Assembly (NCBI RefSeq): GCF_964204645.1
Contig: NC_134026.1
Coordinates: 7,091,950 to 7,155,949, forward strand
DNA length: 64,000 nt
Direction: 5' to 3'
Origin: Tubulanus polymorphus
Taxonomy: Eukaryota > Animalia > Nemertea
A program made the translations under genes and the position numbers. How positions within the stretch are numbered: position 1 is the first letter of the stretch; each line of letters begins with the position of its first letter. The notes under the pieces were generated by a model. The model was not told the DNA's origin. It saw only the letters and a list, made by a program, of their open reading frames with translations, and searched no databases. Below are positions 36,901 through 47,723 of the stretch, piece after piece.

Positions 36901-39900
36901 ATAGCAATAAACCAACAATTTTGATTTGGACTGGAACTGGACTCTCGGGCCCAGTCTCTACCTACCATATACTCGTACGATGGTTTCAGCTGATAGTTCA
37001 ACATTTCCTGGTGAAATATCGACGTCACACTTCCGCTAATAGGTGGCACTAACCAGACCCAATCACCCGGGCAACCACCTCGTAACCTTTGTTCATTACG
37101 GATGTGCTTCATGAACGAATCTGATAATTGGTGATGATCTACGATTGTAACGTTGTGTTTCTGAAAAAAAAGAAAGGTCCAACAAAGTATTTTTTGAACT
37201 CTAGATTTGGAACTAGCTAGTAGGACACCGCTTGACATTTTTATTGTTTACCTGAAAACTATACAGAACAGCGACGTTTATTTCAACTAATGCTTTATCC
37301 TTCCATAATGTAACACTTGTATTAGTATCAATTCCCATCCGTTTGGCTACCGGCTAAAATATCAAACGGCATAATATAACCTCATTATTTGATACAAAAC
37401 TATCATGACAAATTTATTCATCTCCTCAGAGTTCCGTGGCCAGTTGCTTCAAAAGATGGTTCGAGTTTAGCGGATATTGAAATAGTGGCAATTGAATGTC
37501 ATCGTTACCATCGCAATCGATAGTTTACAGTAATCATTTTCGAGTAACTGACCTCTAAAACTACAAAATAATAATTGAGAAGTCCCCGAGGTTGGAAAAT
37601 AAAATACTGTAAGAATGAGGAGTTAAGAATAAGGAACTTCATCGATTGAATTAAAGCTGAAAATTCATTGTTCCCGTTGATTTTCAAGGATCTAAAAGTC
37701 AGTTCAAAACCGTTTTAGAGAGACTTTTACAATTTGTTCTCTGTAGACTGTTGACATACCTCGAGCATGTTGTATCTATAAACATCTGATAGATTTCTGC
37801 AGGCTATTTCGGTGCCCATGTACCAACCGTTAAACGGGCAGGCTGTGAATTCTAACCCTCCGATATCCAGTAACATTCCTGATACAGCCGGTACTGCGAA
37901 CCATTGTAAACCCAACTCACCAAACCATTCATACCTACACAAATAAAGAATACAATTCCAGATTTTTTTATGATATGAATTTCACAAACTAATAACAAGA
38001 TGATCATAAAATGTCAGGACATGGTTCTACAGTACTAGAATTTGACTCCAGTGTCAAATATTTTCATTTGGATATGAACCCCATTTTAAAACACATTGGA
38101 TGAGTCGCACTCGATTCAGATATATTGAACTGGGGCCAGTTGCACAGTCATCGCTAAGACTCAATACGAGTCCTAGTTCTAACCAATCTTACAACTTAAA
38201 ACCGATCTCAGACCATTTTAGTCCAATAGCCAAGATTTAACACTGCTTTCGTACTTTGGTCCCACTGTGAAACTTGGCCCCTGGGTTTTTATAATTTCAT
38301 AGATTCGATTTGAGACGCTGTCATCCACAGGTGACGGACAATGAATGCTTACTGTGGATGTGTAAGTTGAACTTGTAAGACGAGATCAGCCGGAAGTTCG
38401 TGCATATCCGGATCCTGTCCATTAGCGGATAACAATAACGGCAAAACATCAAACATTCCACCTTTAGGTTTCCATCCTTGTTTCACACAAACCTAGAAAA
38501 TATTCTCTTCACAATAAACACACCCGAAACAAGGCTTCAATAAAGGATTGATATTCACAGAATTTAACGTTTTATTGAGTACTCTACTGCCCTCTAGTGG
38601 TGGCACCTGACCAAGGTCCCCTATACATCCCCCTAGTGGTGATTTATGTCAGTGAATACAAAAACCTGACCAGGGACCTTATACTGCCCTCTATTATTTA
38701 CCTTAGTAAACTCAACCTGACATCAGCCCCCTAAATACTGTCCCCTAGTGGTGGCTTACCTCAGTAAACTCGACCTGACCTCGGTCCCCTAAATACTGCC
38801 CCCTGGTGGTGGCTTACCTCAGTAAACTCGATCTGACCTGGGTCCCCTATGATGCTTCCATCAGATTGTTTATATCCAGCGTATTGTATTAATTGTGGAT
38901 TCCAGATTCTGTAATCGTGTTCACCGTCGGTTCGTGGTGGGAATATCGTTATAGCCGACCTGTTTACCAGAAAAACGACGCTAACATAGGATTCATCTCT
39001 AAATGAATCAGCGCGATTCACTTAAATGTATCAAGGGTAGACACTACTCGTTTTAAGAAGAAAATAAGGCTGAAAATTTCAGCTTTGTAGCTGAAATTGT
39101 GTATTTTGTTCAGAGTCTAATTGCACAGTCGTGACTTTAGTAAAGAAGTGGGCTTGAATTCTAGAACTGAGATCTTTAACAGACTGGTCTTAAATCTAAG
39201 CTTTGTTACCAACGTCTTCTGTATTAGGTACAGTTACCAGTACTATACTTACATACACCGTTTGAACTAAGATGGGCTTAGACTGGTCTTAAATCTAAGC
39301 CAAGACTGTGCATCTGACAATCCGTATTGACATACACCTTCAAAGTTTGATTTTAAGACAATTCTCTGTGATTATCTTACGTAAACTTAAGTGTATTTTC
39401 TTAACGGGAAATTCTATTTACCTAATATTTCCTTTATTTGTGCTGTATTTTATGTGATTACAAATCGCTTCAAACATTCCACGAGTAGTATTTATGTGCC
39501 TCGCATCAAATACCTGTGAAATGTACAAACATCGAAACGAACAAATATATTTCCAATTTACAGAAACTGCCGCCATCATCGGATAGTGTATTTGCGTGAT
39601 TCAGTCCACAGTTATTGGTGACGTTTGACTCAAAAGTTGAGAATTAGCTCATTTTGTATAGAACAGCAGGACCAAATTCCACAATGTGCGTCAAATCTGA
39701 ACTCAGAACTGTAGAACTGGATCCAGAAGGTTTTTCGGCGCTTACCTGTAACTTGGACCATTGAATTCTGCCTAAGCACCTTGGAGCATTCCTCCATGCG
39801 AGTTTAGCGCCGAATGTCAACTCACTGAATGTTAACTCGTACGTTCCCGTTTTTTCAATCGATCTTAAAACATCCGTCCATCTTTTAGTGTAAGCCGGGG

Positions 39901-42900
39901 TATCCAACCTGAATACATCAAATCGATTTCGTGTTATGCGGATACAGCAGTAAGATTCTCCGGACTTCAATTTTTGCGACTTCTCAGAGTGAGGATACGG
40001 ATGGACTATTATGAGTTAGGATGGACTATGGAACATCGGGTATCATAGCATAAATAACATAATCACACCCATCGTAGAATAAACGCACTCAAACGTGGAG
40101 AACCGATGATACGATGAAAATCCCACTATATATACAGATTTAAAAGGTGCCACCTGACGATGATCTCTAAAGTGTGAGTTCGAAATGTCGTGTCTTTTTA
40201 ATCAATTTTGATTGAATATATTCTCGATTTCTAAACTTTTTGATCTGTGTTTAGTGGGTTTTTATCTCATGATTACCCCGATTAAATTGGACGAAGGGGC
40301 CCCCGGTTTCAAGAAAATGTTTATTGCGAATTTTTGATTACATGTACTTCATCTATAAGTCTGAAACTGTTAATCGACCTAACACGTAGCGAAGATCCTT
40401 CTGCTGCTTGTTGTTACCTTGTGATAAATCAGAGAGAATGCTTTCTATGAAACCACTGGTCTGGTGATATCTATATTTAATCATCACCTTCCCTCTCTCT
40501 CTATATATCTCTTCTCTCTCTTCCTTCTCTCGCATCCTTCATCCTCCTCAGTCTCTTCTCTCTTCCTCCTATCCCTCTCTCTCTCTCTTCATCCTCTCTC
40601 CTCCCCTCTCTCTCTGTCTCCCGCAGTTATTGTTACTCACCGTTTCGTCGAGGTATAATATTGATCTAGAAAGTCTTTAGCTTGATGAATAATTTCATCT
40701 TTTGTTCGTGGTAGAGTATTTGAACGTCCTGGGCTGATGAACGACCCCATACATTTCTCAGCTGTACAACCAACAGACTGAAAAAACCAGATATCAGTTA
40801 CAAACCATTTGATATGAAATGGCTGTTCATCCTCAGACCAAAGTTGGTATTGAACGAGAAAAACACAAGCGAGTGCTGCTCTTGCATATCAACTCAGTTT
40901 TGAAAATGGCTCAGTTGAGTTCAAATTTCATTCAAAAGCCGTTAAGCATTGGTGGAGAAATTAATATTTTATTGATTCTTGGTATGGACGAATAGGAATA
41001 AACGTGGGAATAACAAAATTCATAAACACTCAAGTTTTAAGAATTTTTTGACACAGTATCATTGCATTACTTGTATCAAGGATTCGCCATTCACCGTGAA
41101 TCATATTTTCTCGTATTCATATCTACATATACGTATGATGTAAATCCATCACTTCATAAATTAAGGTATTGAATATTTCATATCAAAATCCCGTAATCAA
41201 ATCGGATTGCTGCAGTAGCATTTAATTCAGTTTCGAATCGACGACTCGGCGAGTTCAACTTAGTGCCTCTACAAACACAATGAATCTCATTGATAATCTA
41301 ATATACACTGATCATCGTGAACTATTACTGGATTCAAACCCGGTCGATTGCTTCATATACTCGTGCAAACAAACAATTTTACTTTATTTGCATATCTCAT
41401 CCTTATACCTATACATCATAAATAGTCGTAGAGGAGCCATGTGAACTTGGTATATGATTAAAAGTAAATATCGTTATTTTAACTTAGAATAGGGATTGAC
41501 CCTGTAAACTATTTGATTGCTAGATTTCGTTTAATTGATGTGGAGTCCCTTACAAACCCACCACACCTGTCGGGGGGAGGGGGAACATTGCATTTTGAAG
41601 TCGGAAATCGAAGTACAGAATCCATTTTTTTGAAACGATATTTTTAGAAAATGACTATTTCTAAGCTTTTAAAAAGCGTGAATTTTCATATAATCAAGCT
41701 CCACGGTACTAACTCCTTAAACCCCCAATCTGAATGAATACTTCAATTTTTTTTTCAAATGCTATTTCTAAACTTTCAACAGCGTGAATTTCACTTTAGA
41801 CGTCACTTACCGAGTTTGCTTTAAGATGTAACGTATCCAAACTGGAATTGTTTTTATCTTGATAGTTTTTCACTCTGACGTATCGTTTCGGTGCCGAGCT
41901 CTGCTGCTGGCCGCAATCGCTTCCTTTTTTGGCTACTTTTTTAGGACTAGTAGCCGCGGCAGTAACCCGTGCATTACTAACTTCATCGTGGTTCTTCATA
42001 TCGCGCGTTCCTTCGATCTCATTCGAACCCTCAAAACCGTCACCCTCTGAATGTCGTTTAAGTTCTAATCCTTCTTGATCGTAGTTTCGACGAACTTTTT
42101 CATCGTCGTCGCAAATTCTACCGTTCGATTCTTCCGTCACGACGATGAACGGCGCATTCGTCACGGAATCAGCGGCCGCCGATTTCTGATTCGAATCGTC
42201 TGAATTTATAACCGTCAGATTTTTCACTAAATGTCGACCGATATCGCGAGAAGTTTCTCGAATTTTGCTGCCGATGTTGCCCATGATATTTTCACCCCAG
42301 GCGAATTTACGCTTGTTTCGCGACTGATCGGTCAGTAGGATGCCGCTGTCGGAACTGCGTCTTCCCGCGCCGGAGCGTCCGTCGCCGCAGCCGACACTGC
42401 TCGGCGAGAAAACCCTCCGAATCGAGTTCGGATCTATATCCGAGTTACGCCTGGTGGATCGAACCTGACTCGATTCGACCCCGAAAACACCGATCGGGCT
42501 TAAACTTCTGACCCGATTGATAGTTCGTTCTAGTATATGTTTAGTTCCTGGTTGACTGATTCGCGCGGCACGCGGTGCCGTTCCATCTTTACTGATTGCA
42601 GAACGCGTGAATGTGACATTACTTTCCCCGGATCTCACGGATAGAGAGACGTGTGAACCGACGTTGACAGCTTTTAGAATCTGCGACGCCCGCGAATAGG
42701 TTAATTCCGTAATATCGATACCATTCACTCTGAGAATGATATCGCCAATGTTTACCGCAGAACTCAGTTCGGCAACTCCGCCCGCGGTTACATCGGAAAT
42801 CACGAGAAATGGCTCCTCGTTTCGTTCTGTCACTTCCAATCCCAAACCGTCGTCGTTTCTAACCTGCAGTTTTACCTCGATTGTATTCTGCGCATTCGAC

Positions 42901-42905
42901 TCCAT
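21906..42905 (-). CDS. NOS: Nitric oxide synthase, nNOS-like with PDZ domain, 1476 aa. Exons 5'->3': 41811-42905, 40641-40777, 39746-39908, 39422-39513, 38818-38959, 38353-38492, 37760-37934, 37252-37353, 36966-37160, 36419-36537, 35504-35648, 34407-34511, 34028-34074, 33526-33660, 32426-32600, 31409-31553, 31255-31333, 30608-30801, 29938-30107, 29153-29363, 28613-28700, 23592-23716, 23133-23284, 22619-22810, 21906-22013
   Basis: 25 GT-AG exons total 4431 nt in one open frame. Motifs: PDZ (GLGL...GDIILRVNG), Zn site CTAEKC, heme Cys [29 protein letters not shown], CaM helix [25 protein letters not shown] and [10 protein letters not shown], autoinhibitory insert, [30 protein letters not shown] and FYVCGD, C-terminal [12 protein letters not shown]. 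Confidence 0.97.
23880..24064. repeat. Tandem repeat, unit about 52 bp (AAATGGCTCATAGAATTGAGTCT.AAC..CACTACTCTCTTAGTT...)
   Basis: Three to four degenerate copies visible. Confidence 0.65.
24217..24578 (+). repeat. 5' LTR
   Basis: Begins TTTAACAACACT and ends AGCGTTGCTAAA (10/12 inverted match); TATATAAA 24435-24442, AATAAA 24457-24462, Inr-like TCAGTT 24464-24469. Confidence 0.9.
24580..24590 (+). promoter_or_regulatory. Primer-binding site, tRNA-Leu-like
   Basis: TGGTGTTAGAA one nt after the 5' LTR; 10/11 match to TGGTGTCAGAA, the complement of the tRNA-Leu(CAA) 3' end used by many gypsy elements. Confidence 0.7.
24670..25554 (+). CDS. Orphan 294-aa ORF of the LTR element: small N-terminal domain, basic helix, coiled coil, possible C-terminal ubiquitin-like fold
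   Basis: Uninterrupted ORF filling 885 of the 1102 internal bp; no recognisable CCHC knuckle, protease, RT, RNase H or integrase motif. Confidence 0.8.
   Translation: MNILPPAVVVTLQEAGYHQAPQNWTINAEEGCIKVSLTWTVQSSKPSKAVKSKSTLNRDRRRMQEFLNRRMLKTEVPKSTKSDNATMDTAVMTVNATHDIRSQTVEDVITTAEIKKLEETSQKLSGELVDLKVNLESKERTIIGQQKEIFGLQSKLDKLKMRNYPCHCAKDPKNSQACEDTLTDIGDLYEADQPKIMAAKRSGILYEVRVQDPISRKYADFFVHWGQSLSSVFYDILNRYDLNIKSFTYREPDSKNKCLDIDRNTSLCSLHESGIIKHLWDKKGRNIVWLGMRF
25669..25680 (+). promoter_or_regulatory. Polypurine tract
   Basis: AGTGGGGGAGGA immediately before the 3' LTR. Confidence 0.8.
25681..26041 (+). repeat. 3' LTR
   Basis: Copy of 24217-24578 with one 1-bp deletion and 3 substitutions; same TTTA...TAAA ends. 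Confidence 0.9.
26345..28513. repeat. Diverged direct repeats flanking the nested GPCR (26345-26880 and 28052-28513), each ending in 20-bp CAGTCAGCACACTCTCAGAC units
   Basis: CTGATG...GATATTTTCC...CACCATTTAC.ATGAA.TCTTGT.CAACG...ACTTTCACAAAA and TCAGTTCCAG plus the 20-mer array occur on both sides. Confidence 0.75.
26896..27846 (+). CDS. Intronless class A (rhodopsin-like) GPCR of the FMRFamide-receptor-like/putative chemoreceptor group, nested antisense in NOS intron 21
   Basis: Seven hydrophobic segments; GSFGN (TM1), YLIALSVCD (TM2), [13 protein letters not shown] (TM3), FP...ICT, IIP (TM5), [15 protein letters not shown] (TM6), [14 protein letters not shown] (TM7/H8); start Met uncertain. 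Confidence 0.9.
   Translation: MNSTQMQIGRTYNSYIILMGIPNKSGIYRTVSLVILPVVFLFGSFGNAATFWIMISRRFRSLSYANYLIALSVCDFTVCINYTLMPVLQFVLFHVNGGPIFIMNSLVSCQIYEFVMILACSSSSWFIVAISLERAAVVLFPFTSRLICTPKFARFVILIITAVNALVLYLSPALSLHFTNRLFGCCYELFDQITFFSIFVTQVYIIPLTLIITSNTLIIIQLFRGSKIVSSDQKNTKSKRTTIMLVTVSLAFAIFTIPTTITVFLAMAEEIKNFLYDIFVQFQMCNYVVNFYIYLLLGREIREYFCMKVRCRNSVK
31837..32170 (+). mobile_element. 3' end of an L2-clade LINE
   Basis: ORF2 C-terminal signature LRS....L..P...WN.....[11 protein letters not shown], followed by GGCGCTATA and a (CATT)n tail. Confidence 0.7.
33020..33286. mobile_element. Penelope-like inverted-end insertion containing a perfect 212-bp palindrome (33066-33277), with a 12-bp target duplication
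   Basis: Palindrome centred on GGAAT|ATTCC; CATGCTTATCTC at 33020-33031 and 33275-33286. Confidence 0.75.
34850..35432. repeat. Cluster of short palindromic MITE-like units (GG.CCAGTTCCACAGTT...GAGTTAACTC...AACTGTGGAACTGG)
   Basis: The family recurs at about 810-985, 5690-5725, 6010-6100, 8155-8280, 13860-13950 and 59250-59345. Confidence 0.65.
38585..38855 (-). repeat. 58-bp tandem repeat made from the 3' end and splice donor of NOS coding exon 5
   Basis: GGCTTACCTCAGTAAACTCGA.CTGACCT.GGTCCCCTA starts at 38811 and 38753, with more degenerate copies near 38697 and below. Confidence 0.85.
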
Positions 42906-43837
42906 ATTCTCGCCCTTTCTTCTACGCAGACCTGAGACGCAACAGCTTTCCTATGGCTGAAAAGATTTTCGTTGATAAAACGAAAATAAAGATAACGATA
43001 GAATTATTGATAGATATCATTTTTAAACGGCACTAATTTCTAGAATATAAAGACACACTGCACTTTTTGATATAGAATATAAAATAAAATATAAAGATAT
43101 AAAATACTTCTGAATATAATCTCCACCATGAACTGTGTTTCGTTCGAAAATAAAGACACGTCAAATATGTTTATTTTCCTTCTGAATCGATGTCGTATCT
43201 AAATCGCTTACAAAATCTTATCTAAGAAATATTGAATTCGTCTATTTAGCCTAGACGAAAACGCTTTCAATTACCCGATCACTACTCACTCGACGTTGTC
43301 CGAGTCAACTCTGTAACATTTTCTTGAAGATGCTGCGCTGATGCTTTCGTGGTGTGAGAACAAGTTGATAGACTGATCAGACCGATGGCTGTATCTAGTG
43401 ATTGTGACGCCGCAGGTAATTGATGTTAATTGATGAGGTATTGTTCGACGAATCAAATCAATCAGTTCATTATTATCAACATCGTCCCTTCATATTGATT
43501 CATATCATAACTTACCGCCGCAAACCATCATCTAACAATCCCATCCCACCCCCACACCGACTTCTACCACCATCCTACACCCCCTCCACTGGGCGTTAAT
43601 TCTGAGTAACGTTGGGAATAATGGTTTTTAAATAAATTTCTATAATATGAAAAATATCAACCAGTTTTCGATAGGCCTAACATGAATAGATTATTTTCTC
43701 TGCGCCTAACGGAAAAGCCAGCGATTTGAACAGAATATCCGACCTAGTCTGGGTTGACATTAATTTTTTCTCCGATCAATGGGTTAGGGTTAGCTATATA
43801 TCAGCTGGGGTTAGAAAAAAAAATGCGAACAATTGAA

Positions 43838-43909
43838 GGTTCTATGGTGTAGTGGTTAGCACATTGGACTTTGAATCCAGTAGCCCGAGTTCGAATCTCG
43901 GTAGAACCT
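43838..43909 (+). tRNA. trnQ-UUG: tRNA-Gln (anticodon TTG)
   Basis: 72-nt cloverleaf: acceptor GGTTCTA/TAGAACC, D arm, anticodon stem TTGGA/TCCAG around loop CTTTGAA, T arm CCGAG-TTCGAAT-CTCGG; TTTT terminator at 43917-43920. Confidence 0.95.
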
Positions 43910-44644
43910 CGACTGCTTTTATGCTTTTGACAGTTTTCGCAATAATTCTCTCGAGTCCAAATATTTTTCTAATGTCGTCATTTATTTCACTTATTTTCAC
44001 TACGTTTCAGATTTTCGGGTTGTGAATGAATTAATAATGATGTATGTAGTAGTATATAGTAGAATACGTGAGACAAACGGTTTTACAATAAGTACCATCT
44101 CATATTGACATCGGGAGAGATTGTGTTGAGTAATTGAAGTTGTCTTGTTTCAATTGTAACGATTAGAAGTAAGTCTAATCTCGTGATACATTATGTATGA
44201 GTATTGTATCAGAAGACAGAGAGAAGAAGAGGGAGCGAGAGAGAGGGGAAGGGATGAGGAGAGAGCGAAGAGGCTTCTTGGTTATCATCAATAAATGATA
44301 ATGTTTCATTCTCAGTTATCGGGGAGTGATGTTGTTATGATATAAAGCGAGGAGAGGTGTCATCATCAGCTCTGATACTAATCGATATCTAGTGATACCG
44401 TTAATGATTATAACGCGTTCTATGGTTAATGATGCACTCGTGACGAGTTATAACTGCAACATCGCCCCGTCTTATTATATGAACTGTACGGTGTCTAGAC
44501 CAACCCGCCTGACCCTCACTATACTTACTAATAATCTTGCTTGCGACTGCTTCCTAATTGAATATGAGCGGGTAAATAGAAATATCATAAACCTTGAACC
44601 CAATTCAAGACGCGAATGCTTATATCAGGGATGTTGTACAAAGG

Positions 44645-45018
44645 CTAGACCAGTCTAAGCTTATTTTGGTTTTATGGCCAATCTATACTTAAGATCAGTC
44701 TGAGCTAATTTTGGCTCTATAACTAATCTAACAACTTAAAAGAAAGTCTACGTATATTTTGGTTCTAACAACTTAAGACCTGTGTAAGCTCATTTTGGTT
44801 TCATAGCCAATCTAACAACTAAAGACCAGTCCAAGCGCATTTTGGTTCTGCAATGTAAAAACTTAAGACCGGTCTAAGCTCTGTTTTATACCCAATCTAA
44901 CCCAATCTAACAACTTATGACCAGTCTAAGTTTATTTTGGTTCTGCAATCTAACAGCTTAAGACTCTGTTGTGTTTTATCTCTTTTAGACCTAACACACG
45001 ACTGTGCAACTGGTCCCT
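44645..45018. repeat. MITE-associated satellite, unit about 47 bp (GACCAGTCTAAGCTCATTTTGGTTCTATAGCCAATCTAACAACTTAA), ending GACTGTGCAACTGG
   Basis: The family also occurs at about 1520-1770, 8820-9210, 18935-19046, 35937-36078, 38132-38282 and 47168-47552, often with GGCCAGTTGCACAGTC-type inverted ends. Confidence 0.75.
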
Positions 45019-47723
45019 GGGAATTCTGATAACGAGGGCTGATGACTGATGACCGAAGACTAAAGACTAACGACTTATGAATAAGTAAAACAAACGAATA
45101 AAAGAGAACAATTGTATGTTTTAATTTTGATACAAAATGTACAATGATCCAACAATAATATTTTTGTTTTATTTCTACCGATCATACCGAAAAGCAGACC
45201 CACCTAGCGTCAGAAGACAATACCAATATCAGCTAGATGACGCTTGCATCTTTTCAGAGTTCATATGAAATTTTGACTGAAATGAATAAGATTAAAACAT
45301 ATCATATGATATGTGATGACTGCTAGAAACTATACGGAGTCCCTGAGGGGCGCGTAAAATCATTTAGAAATCACGGAAGCGCACGGAAGACATTTCAGAA
45401 TAAATCAGCATCGGGAGAATTTTGATCTCATCTGTAAACAGCCGACAACTGAATGCCCGCATGAACAACTACAGAAAACAATGATCACAATTTGCAATGA
45501 GAGGAAAATATTTTTTGTGCCTAAATGTGGTCTATTGGATATTTCACATAATTTCAAAACGGACTCCGTGAAACTATCGTACAGTACTTGAGATATTCAA
45601 TGAGTTGTAAGCAATATTTACAGATATAATATGGCTATCCGATAAATAAGTAGTTATGACGTTACAACGAAGTAACAAATTGTTTGAAAATAATTTATGA
45701 TATTTTAAAATCCCAGTACACTGGATATAAAGTAGTACTCCGAAATGTTTCATTGAGCTTAAAGTTGATTAGACGGTTCGACTTTCTCCGGGAATATTAG
45801 CGTTATTACGAATTCATGAGAATCCAGAAAACCTTGAGAAAGTAATAGGATATGAATTTCTTTTCACTACACAAAATATAGTAATAATTTTACTTCCGAA
45901 TTTTTAGCTCAAGGAACTTTTCGATCTCTTTCTATATTCTTTGTGCAGGGATTGTATGACATCTTTACAACACGGACTCATTAGAGTGTCCCATCAATTA
46001 CAGTGAAATATTTAGAAACTTTCCAGTAGAAATACTAATGCAAATTTCACATAATAAACTATGGACCGAAAAGACTGGGCGTGTGTGGATAAATTCAACA
46101 TCGAACCACCGACAATTAAAACATAGTTGCCAAATGAAGGGCGATCTATTTTCCAAGCGCCACAGATTTCAAAAAGGGAACTTGCTAATTAATTAAGGTC
46201 GAATTGAGGTCATAGGTTGCGAATGCATCGAAATCTTTATCATAATTCAAAATTGAATTCCTTTATATCATTTACCGGTATTTTCAACTGTTTATTTGAA
46301 TTTGTATAAGAACATACACTGTACATGAGAATCGTATTTTGCTAATTTTTTTCTCATCTTATGAACGATTACCCAATATTCCCATTTATTGGGCCTAAGC
46401 GGGTGTGCCAGGGTATGTCGAGCTTGTGCCCGAGGTGTGCCCGGGTGTGCTAGGGCTGTGCCCGGGTGACATTATCTTCTTATACTCTCAGGAGCTTCTA
46501 TTCACTTGTCCGGTGTGCCAAACCGAATTAACATTAGTTCCCAAAAATTCGGTATATGATGTACATGGGGGCAGCACTTGACGGTTGAGATCTGACAAGA
46601 CTTAAGTTTCTACTGTGGCATGCGAGTTATAGAGTTTTTTCCCGAGTCGAGTTCAATGCTCCATTCACCTGTTCTTTTTTAAACTCATAATTCAATCAAC
46701 GCTACAACTTTCTTTGAGTTTGATAAAGCAATCAAAAATAAGTCTCTAAGCCACTTTTAGTAGAATTTTTTCATCGATCGTATCGGTAAAGCGTCAGCGT
46801 GATGACCACTCGCATGCCAAAGGTTGCAATAATCATAAAATGATTTTATCAGCGAAATATCTAAGGTACGCAATTTGATACTCAATTTCAAATGTTGAAT
46901 GCTTTACGGCTAGTTCTCTTCCATATTCAAACCTTACACAATGATATATCATATAAACATCGTGGTTAAAATGAATATAACGTTTATTGTACATAAAACA
47001 TCGAGTTTGGTAAAAGTCCTCATTATTGAAAACATGAATATCCAACAACACAGAATATAAACAGCTAAATGTCTCTACGATGATCAATGACCGTCATTTC
47101 TGTGCGTCCAGTTTATTTGTGTGATGGTTTATATAATATGGACCGTATCACTTGCTTGCTTGTCCCAGGGGCTACTCTTGCACAGTCATGTCCAAAAGAA
47201 GTTTTAAATCATAAGAGGTCTGTTAAATCATATTTGTTATAAAACCAAAATAACTTAAGACTTTTCTTAAGTTAAGAGTTGTGTAAGATTGGCGTTAGAA
47301 CGAACCAAAAATGAGCTTAGACTGGTGTTAAGTTGTTAGATTTGCTATAGAACCAAATTGAGCCTAGACTGGTCTTAAGTTGGTACGTAGATTGGTAATA
47401 GGACCAAAATGAGCTCAGACCAATCTACTTAGGTTGTACGAATAGTTACAGAACTAAAATGAGATTAGACTGGTCTTAAGTTGTTGCCCATAGAACTAGG
47501 TTGGTGTCTTGGACTGCTCTTAAGTCTTAAGCCATGACTGTGCAACTGGCCCATATGGACGTACTAATAGGCACTATCGCATACACGGTAACACTGTATA
47601 GTCAAAGGCTCTAATTCACTCGAGCTATTTAGTGTTTCCTCGACTCGCGTTAAAACAGAAAGTTTGGACCGATTACTCGTAAAAGGGTCGATCACACTGA
47701 TCGCTGATCGCTGATATCATCAG

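Noticed and set aside
43781-43793. GGGTTAGGGTTAG telomere-like motif near the tRNA
   Set aside because: Only two units; expected by chance
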